A stretch of DNA of 64,000 bases from an uncultured virus (IMG/VR IMGVR_UViG_3300027974_001778) (lineage: Duplodnaviria > Heunggongvirae > Uroviricota > Caudoviricetes): positions 62,001 through 126,000 of the IMG/VR virus record IMGVR_UViG_3300027974_001778. One strand, 5' to 3'. The notes beneath the pieces were generated by a model that did not search any database, was not told where the DNA came from, and saw only the letters and a list, made by a program, of their open reading frames with translations. Made by a program: the position numbers and the translations under genes. Positions 49,494-55,153 of this stretch are shown here, one piece after another (the stretch's first letter is position 1; each line of letters starts with the position of its first letter).

Positions 49494-49661
49494 AAAAAAC
49501 CCTGAACTTCATTTCTGTAGTTCAGGGTATATAAAAAATTTGGTTTATTTTTAGTTTAAAAAATTATTCAAAATTATATCCGAACTACATGACTGCATAC
49601 GCTCATACCAACAAGTTTCTTGTTGTTGACTAAAGACTGTATGTTTTATTGTAGTTCTCAT
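49494..49661 (-). promoter_or_regulatory. attenuator-like leader: 36-aa uORF (49551-49661), antiterminator 49580-49589, terminator 49499-49528
   Basis: TGTAGTTCGG in the uORF is complementary to CTGAACTACA in the terminator 5' arm/loop; TATCTTTG at 49680-49687. Confidence 0.6.
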
Positions 49662-49735
49662 TGTTTCTAATATATAGTTCAAAGATATGAAAAAATCTTT
49701 GAGTGTCAAATATTTTTCCAAGTATTTATAAAAAG

Positions 49736-50155
49736 ATGAAGACATTAAGAGAAATTATTAAAGAAAATTTATTAGTTGAGAAAAGAATAACTCAAGTTAA
49801 CTCATCTTTAGAAGTTTTATTTGTATTTGATGTGAATAGAACCAGTCATGCGTTCGATAGAGATACTAGAGATGATATTGAAGGATATAACATAAGAGCG
49901 ATTGAGAATGATGAAATCAGAGAAATTATCAGTAAGGTAAAAAAAGAAATCTCCGAAAAAATAGTAACAAGAGAAATTGTACCTGAAGAAGATTTTGTCG
50001 TAAAATCTTTAAAGTGGGAATTGGCAATGGCGATAACTCCTGTTCATATGGGAGGAACCTATTGGCAACTAATCATCAAAACAGTATTTAGAGAATCCAA
50101 TCATAACCCTTTTAGAGTTGGTAAAAATCAATTGGTTATTTATTCTGACATCTAA
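49736..50155 (+). CDS. putative BECR-fold RNase-like protein
   Basis: TSHAFDR ... LIIKTVFR motif pair; MKTLREIIKE leader; ATG 5 nt after TATTTATA. Confidence 0.5.
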   Translation: MKTLREIIKENLLVEKRITQVNSSLEVLFVFDVNRTSHAFDRDTRDDIEGYNIRAIENDEIREIISKVKKEISEKIVTREIVPEEDFVVKSLKWELAMAITPVHMGGTYWQLIIKTVFRESNHNPFRVGKNQLVIYSDI

Positions 50156-50156
50156 T

Positions 50157-50246
50157 AAAAAAGGGTAACACTAGTATCTGAATCGTTCCCGTGTTACCCA
50201 GTTTGTAATTGAGCTTGTGTATCTAAATCGTGCTCCTCAATCACAA
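50157..50246 (-). ncRNA. candidate about 90-nt sRNA with two hairpins sharing loop motif ACGATTYAGATAC
   Basis: TATCTTTG promoter (50249-50256), two stems, terminal T-tract. Confidence 0.65.
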
Positions 50247-50308
50247 TACAAAGATACAAAAATATTTTGGTTTACAAAATCTATTGTATTTTTTTTTTAT
50301 AAATATTG

Positions 50309-50389
50309 TACCCCAAGTCGGACTCGAACCGACACGACTTACGTCACAAGTTCCTAAAACTTGAGTGTCTACCATTCCACCATCGGGGT
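50309..50389 (-). tRNA. tRNA-Leu(TAG)
   Basis: Long variable arm; loop TTTAGGA. Confidence 0.92.
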
Positions 50390-50489
50390 ATACATTATCA
50401 TCGCTCCAGCCACATCGAGGAACACGCCGCCCCCGCGTTGTTTAAGTGTATGAATTGCGCCGTATCTCACTGAGTTACGATGATAATTG

Positions 50490-50563
50490 TGATTCGGAAA
50501 GGATTCGAACCTTTGACCCCAAACTTAGAAGGTTTGTGCTCTATCCAGCTGAGCTACCGAACC
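50490..50563 (-). tRNA. tRNA-Arg(TCT)
   Basis: Cloverleaf; loop CTTCTAA. Confidence 0.92.
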
Positions 50564-50771
50564 AAATTTCCCCACCTGAAATCCCAGTGAGTAGATATTC
50601 GCAGTTTTTCGTATTGAAAAACCCAACGCGTCTTACCGCTTAAAAAGTCAAACATACTCGGTGGCGTTGTTACGACCATTCTCCGAGACCCCCTCTTAAG
50701 GCCGTGGTAGGAAACAACCATAACATCTTTAAAGAACGTTACCAAACTTGATGAGTACTTCTAACTCATTG

Positions 50772-50853
50772 TATCAGAGGTGGGACTCGAACCCACACGA
50801 GCAAAGCTCAACAGATTTTAAGTCTGTCTTGTATACCATTCCAACACTCTGAC
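50772..50853 (-). tRNA. tRNA-Leu(TAA)
   Basis: Long variable arm; loop CTTAAAA; TATCTTTG at 50863-50870. Confidence 0.92.
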
Positions 50854-50943
50854 ATTGTTTTACAAAGATAGTGAATATCTTTAATAAAGTCATAAAAAAA
50901 CCCCGAACTTTTTTAGTCGGGGTTTTAATTATAATAATTATTA

Positions 50944-51663
50944 TTAATCATTAAAACTTTCCTCGTAATAAGTATCGCTTGCGTTATCTTCTATATTTTC
51001 TGTATGAACCAATTCGATTGTCATATCATGAAAATTGAATATAAATTGTCCATCAGAACCTTCATTAATTTCCCAACCACTATAGTTATCACTAAGCTCT
51101 CTGTAACACCAATCTTCAATTGCAGCTGGAACTCCATCACCTGTTTCATTAAAACTACTTTCAAGATATCCCGAATCACCAGAACCATTATATGTTACTA
51201 TTAAAATCCCATCGTCAGGAATTGTAAGGTCTTCTAATACTCCACTTTCTTCCCATTCTTCAAATAGCTCCTTTCCTTGTTCATCCTCCCAAGTAACTGA
51301 ACTACCTTCTCCTCTAGTATAAAAAGACCACCAACGAGTAAAACTAATTTTTTTAGAATCTACGTCAATGTCGTATTCAAGTCTTTGATAATTCGTATCA
51401 TCATTATCAGGTTCTCTAATTAAATTATTATCATCGCAATATTTCATAATTTTTTGAAGTATTGGAATCAATCCTGATGGAATATCTGCATTGTAGTTAT
51501 TAGTGAAATGGGTTACATAATCCCAATCAACATTGTCATAATCAAATTCCTCTTGATTATCCATATCAATTTCAATGTTGCCGTCTTGCATTCCCATTGA
51601 ACCTAAGTAATTGGATATTCTTCTTAAATATTGTTTTTCTTCTGGTGTTAAAATTCCTTTCAT
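50944..51663 (-). CDS. DUF6878-like protein
   Basis: VTYNGSGDSG ... GWEINEGSDGQFIF; adjacent to DUF6915-like gene. Confidence 0.55.
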   Translation of the reverse strand: MKGILTPEEKQYLRRISNYLGSMGMQDGNIEIDMDNQEEFDYDNVDWDYVTHFTNNYNADIPSGLIPILQKIMKYCDDNNLIREPDNDDTNYQRLEYDIDVDSKKISFTRWWSFYTRGEGSSVTWEDEQGKELFEEWEESGVLEDLTIPDDGILIVTYNGSGDSGYLESSFNETGDGVPAAIEDWCYRELSDNYSGWEINEGSDGQFIFNFHDMTIELVHTENIEDNASDTYYEESFND

Positions 51664-51674
51664 ACTTATAAATA

Positions 51675-52028
51675 TCAGTCGTTGAACTCTAGTTTAATTG
51701 TTTTTAACATCCATTGAGGACGTTGATTTGTTGATACGTTATTTATCCATTCTTTGGCAGATGGAATGTAGTTATTACAATCTTCTTTAACATGTTGTTC
51801 TCCAACATATCTGGTGTAGACTGTAGTCCCGTCGCTATTCTTAAATTCGGCCCCAAATCTTTTTTCCATTTCAAAAATACCCTCACTATGATGTCTAAAC
51901 ATTCTATGAAGTGAATCTCCAAACCATCCTTTAGTCTCATCTAACCATTCATGTAGATGAATATAGTCTTCAGGTTTTCCACCAAATTTTTTGGCGGATG
52001 ATTTTGCATGTAAGTTAGGGTGTGCCAT
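51675..52028 (-). CDS. DUF6915-like protein
   Basis: MAHP..HAKSS.KKFGG.PEDY..LH.W.D.TK...HR..RHHSEGIF...GEQHVKED. Confidence 0.7.
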   Translation of the reverse strand: MAHPNLHAKSSAKKFGGKPEDYIHLHEWLDETKGWFGDSLHRMFRHHSEGIFEMEKRFGAEFKNSDGTTVYTRYVGEQHVKEDCNNYIPSAKEWINNVSTNQRPQWMLKTIKLEFND

Positions 52029-52593
52029 TTTTCCAAGAGTCTTTATTGTAGTTAAAATATACGAAATCTTCTTCTAAATAAGAATAAACATAATCAGCCA
52101 AATCTTGGTCATAATATTCTTTATAATCATATCCTGATGAATAACCGTTGTTTAAAATGTTATCATACACAATATCAAAAAGTTCATGTGAATCATCCAT
52201 AAAAAATGGAAGTTTTAATATGTCTGAGTATAAATTCTCAACTCTAATTAATAAATCAGGAGTTTTGGTAATCCTTTTTTTTAAAAAAAATTCATAATCC
52301 AAAGTTTTGCCAGGAAATTTTATTTCTTCATGCAATTTTTGTCTAATCCAACTATTAAAGTCATTAGGAATTAAATTAGAGTGTATACAAAAAAGATGAT
52401 ATATTGAAATCATTCTGATATATGGATTTCTTGTATTTAAAACAAAAAAATATTCTTCTTTACCTTTTGGAATTTGCAAACCATGTAGTCCAATAACGTC
52501 AAATTCAAAGTATGTTTGAATAGGCATGCATGACCTTGCTGCCGTTCTAATAGGTGTTGCCCACAATACTTTATATTTGTCAGAATAATTCAT
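52015..52593 (-). CDS. sulfotransferase-like protein
   Basis: PIRTAARS, RNPYIRMISIY, EEDFVYFNY. Confidence 0.7.
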   Translation of the reverse strand: MNYSDKYKVLWATPIRTAARSCMPIQTYFEFDVIGLHGLQIPKGKEEYFFVLNTRNPYIRMISIYHLFCIHSNLIPNDFNSWIRQKLHEEIKFPGKTLDYEFFLKKRITKTPDLLIRVENLYSDILKLPFFMDDSHELFDIVYDNILNNGYSSGYDYKEYYDQDLADYVYSYLEEDFVYFNYNKDSWKNGTP

Positions 52594-52826
52594 TATAAAA
52601 TCTTTTCTTGTCTTCTTCTTGCCATTTCAGCGTCTTTGTACCATCTAATCCAAGTTAAAGACACATCAATTGGTGCTAACACCCAAGCCATAACCATAAC
52701 CATAATAGTATCTAATTCAGGAGACCCACCTGTTGGGTCATCACTATACCTTTTACTAAGGTTTTTAAATAACTGATAGAAACAATATATTACACATACA
52801 AGGTAATATCCAATAAACATACTCAT
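52593..52826 (-). CDS. small membrane protein
   Basis: ATG after tRNA-Thr; two hydrophobic segments; exact start uncertain. Confidence 0.55.
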   Translation of the reverse strand: MSMFIGYYLVCVIYCFYQLFKNLSKRYSDDPTGGSPELDTIMVMVMAWVLAPIDVSLTWIRWYKDAEMARRRQEKIL

Positions 52827-52841
52827 AAATAAAAATTTTTG

Positions 52842-52914
52842 AGCCTCCTGTCGGACTCGAACCAACGACCACTTGTTTACAAAACAAGAGCTCTACCAAC
52901 TGAGCTAAGGAGGC
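52842..52914 (-). tRNA. tRNA-Thr(TGT)
   Basis: Cloverleaf; loop TTTGTAA. Confidence 0.92.
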
Positions 52915-52917
52915 TTA

Positions 52918-52992
52918 TGGAGCAGATGAGAGGAATCGAACCTCCGTCTCCTACTTGGAAGGAAGGAGTAATGACCATTATACGACATCTGC
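52918..52992 (-). tRNA. tRNA-Gly(TCC), encoded CCA
   Basis: Loop CTTCCAA; U73-CCA; one U.U in anticodon stem. Confidence 0.9.
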
Positions 52993-53048
52993 GTGGAGTG
53001 CAGTGGGAGGTACCTTCCCTGTGGTTACTACACATTTTATCCACTTTG

Positions 53049-53121
53049 CGGTCCCGACGGGATTCGAACCCGTATCTCGCACCGTGACAGGGTGGAATTG
53101 TAACCATTCAACCACGGAACC
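53049..53121 (-). tRNA. tRNA-Asp(GTC)
   Basis: Cloverleaf; loop CTGTCAC. Confidence 0.92.
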
Positions 53122-53149
53122 GTGTATGGGGAGTTTCACCCCAAACTTT

Positions 53150-53638
53150 TTACTCAACAAAGATATGATTATATTCCAATATTCTTCGTTTTAATTTATT
53201 AACATATTGTGGGTCCTCGGCATAAACTTTACCGAGTAATGCAAAATATTGTTTTTTTGTCATATCATTACGTGATTTTAACATGTGGTCTTGCCACAAT
53301 GAGTAATCATACACGCTATACCCCCAATCTTCGTATTTTGAGTAACCACTTTGGGTTTCCCCAATCTTTGCGGATTCTCTTTTACTTGGAACTTTCATTC
53401 CAAAAAGATTATTAGCTGATTTGAACAACTTTGATGTAAACTCTCCTGATTCTAATATAGCTTGTGCAAACACAATATCAGGAAATTTTATACCATACTT
53501 AATTATCTGCTCATACAAACTTTCTTTTGAGATACTCTCTTGAGTATTTGATTCAATCTGTACTTGCTTCTCTTGTGCTTTGGTTGCCATTGTTCCTAAC
53601 AATAACATCCCAGTCAATAAGAATGTTTTTAACTTCAT
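53150..53638 (-). CDS. secreted GH73 glucosaminidase-like peptidoglycan hydrolase
   Basis: Signal peptide; AQAILESG, NNLFGMK, YAEDPQY. Confidence 0.85.
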   Translation of the reverse strand: MKLKTFLLTGMLLLGTMATKAQEKQVQIESNTQESISKESLYEQIIKYGIKFPDIVFAQAILESGEFTSKLFKSANNLFGMKVPSKRESAKIGETQSGYSKYEDWGYSVYDYSLWQDHMLKSRNDMTKKQYFALLGKVYAEDPQYVNKLKRRILEYNHIFVE

Positions 53639-53718
53639 TTCTTTCTTTTTGTCTGTTTATGCTTCAGGATTGCTCCATCCACGATACTACAACATTGGAA
53701 TTTTTCCACCTACCGCAG

Positions 53719-53790
53719 AGGCCCCTGTAGGATTTGAACCTACGACCAGTTGATTAACAGTCAACTGCTCTACCACTGAGCTAAAGGGCC
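53719..53790 (-). tRNA. tRNA-Asn(GTT)
   Basis: Cloverleaf; loop CTGTTAA; discriminator U. Confidence 0.9.
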
Positions 53791-53830
53791 TTATAATAAT
53801 AAATAAAATTTCCAATAAAGGAAACTTTTG

Positions 53831-53904
53831 TCGGGATGGCTGGATTCGAACCAACGGCCTCCACGTCCCAAACGTGGCGCGATACCTGACTACGCTACAT
53901 CCCG
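53831..53904 (-). tRNA. tRNA-Pro(TGG)
   Basis: Cloverleaf; loop TTTGGGA. Confidence 0.92.
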
Positions 53905-53909
53905 TAAAT

Positions 53910-54060
53910 AAAAAAACCCTGAAGGATAAGTTCAGGGTTTAAATAATTGGCTATAATATTGTTACCAACCACTCGCTTCTGAACTTACGCATATAGTGCC
54001 CCCATCTCCATTAGGAGTTGTCGGCGTGTCTAAATTTGTATTTGTGTTCATAGTTTTCAT
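53910..54060 (-). promoter_or_regulatory. attenuator-like leader: 32-aa uORF (53962-54060), antiterminator 53979-53987, terminator 53914-53940
   Basis: TAAGTTCAG in the uORF is perfectly complementary to CTGAACTTA in the terminator; tRNA-Pro starts about 10 nt after the stem. Confidence 0.65.
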
Positions 54061-54115
54061 AGTACAATATTACAATAAATATATTCAAAATCAAATAAAT
54101 CCCTATTTTAGTTTT

Positions 54116-54835
54116 TTAAGGTAATGTGTTACTACCTTTCAGGTAAAAGTCACCTACAACTTTTGGTCTTAATTCTGTACCTGAGTACGTACTATAAACT
54201 CTGTATTCCCCAACAGGAATACGAGTTCCCGTGTAATTTAAAACATAATCAGATAATGTAGAATTAGTATTGAAAGGAGTTCTATATATCATATTGGTAT
54301 GCGCACTAGACATTCTTGATTGTCTCCAATTTGGGTTAGGTGTTGCATTCACAGGAATTAATACCATAATCCACACAAATTGATTATTAACTAAAGGACC
54401 ATTAATTTTAACCGTTCCAAAATTATACACACCTGCCGAAGTTTGTGTAATATTTGATTGAATGACTGTAGGTAATGTTCCATTATACCAATACGGCATA
54501 TCAATATAATTTAACAAATCAGTATAATTTGTTGATTTGATTGGTGACCCAGTAAAAAAACCATAAAATGGAGTGTTTGTCGGGGTTTGTGTACTACGAG
54601 GTCTTGTCTTTAAATAACTCACAATCATATTGAGTTTTGACTGAGGCTCAACAAAAATATAAACCTTTGGTCCAACTGATGAAACAGTCGGAGATGTTGA
54701 CATTGTTCTTAAGTCTTCTCCTTGAGTTGATTCAATTGAAGTTTGTTTAACTGGGTCATACACGTCGTCTTTTGTACAAGATACAAATAATACCGATGTT
54801 GCGAAAATTGCAAGAAATAATTGTTTTAGTTTCAT
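54116..54835 (-). CDS. lipoprotein (Bacteroidota-type surface export signal)
   Basis: LFVSC-TKDD lipobox + K(D/E)2; TATCTTTG at 54851-54858. Confidence 0.75.
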   Translation of the reverse strand: MKLKQLFLAIFATSVLFVSCTKDDVYDPVKQTSIESTQGEDLRTMSTSPTVSSVGPKVYIFVEPQSKLNMIVSYLKTRPRSTQTPTNTPFYGFFTGSPIKSTNYTDLLNYIDMPYWYNGTLPTVIQSNITQTSAGVYNFGTVKINGPLVNNQFVWIMVLIPVNATPNPNWRQSRMSSAHTNMIYRTPFNTNSTLSDYVLNYTGTRIPVGEYRVYSTYSGTELRPKVVGDFYLKGSNTLP

Positions 54836-54904
54836 AGTTGTCTTTTTTTACAAAGATAATAAAATAATTTGATTTTGAAAATTATTTACAGATATTTATT
54901 CTTG

Positions 54905-55006
54905 ATGATAGACAATAATATTACGTGTCTTTTGGGAATTAACCAAAAATATGAGAACTCGGGAACGTTGAGATGTGGAAAACCTCGAACCATAAACTAT
55001 TGCTAA
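54905..55006 (+). CDS. 33-aa small ORF followed by terminator (55023-55050)
   Basis: MIDNNITCLLGINQKYENSGTLRCGKPRTINYC*; ATG 4 nt after TATTTATT. Confidence 0.45.
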   Translation: MIDNNITCLLGINQKYENSGTLRCGKPRTINYC

Positions 55007-55153
55007 ATCATTGGGATATTTTAAAGGGGTCGAAGTTCGTCCCCTTTTTTGTTTTTATCATCCAAATAAACTATGTTTGTAAAAATTGGATAAAATGTTT
55101 AGTAGACTAAATCCAAATATATATAAAAACATTACCGTCTAAACAATTACAGA

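Noticed and set aside
52839..53194. ORFs 52839-53087, 52877-53107, 52955-53194, 52978-53160
   Set aside because: They overlap tRNA-Thr/Gly/Asp; spurious
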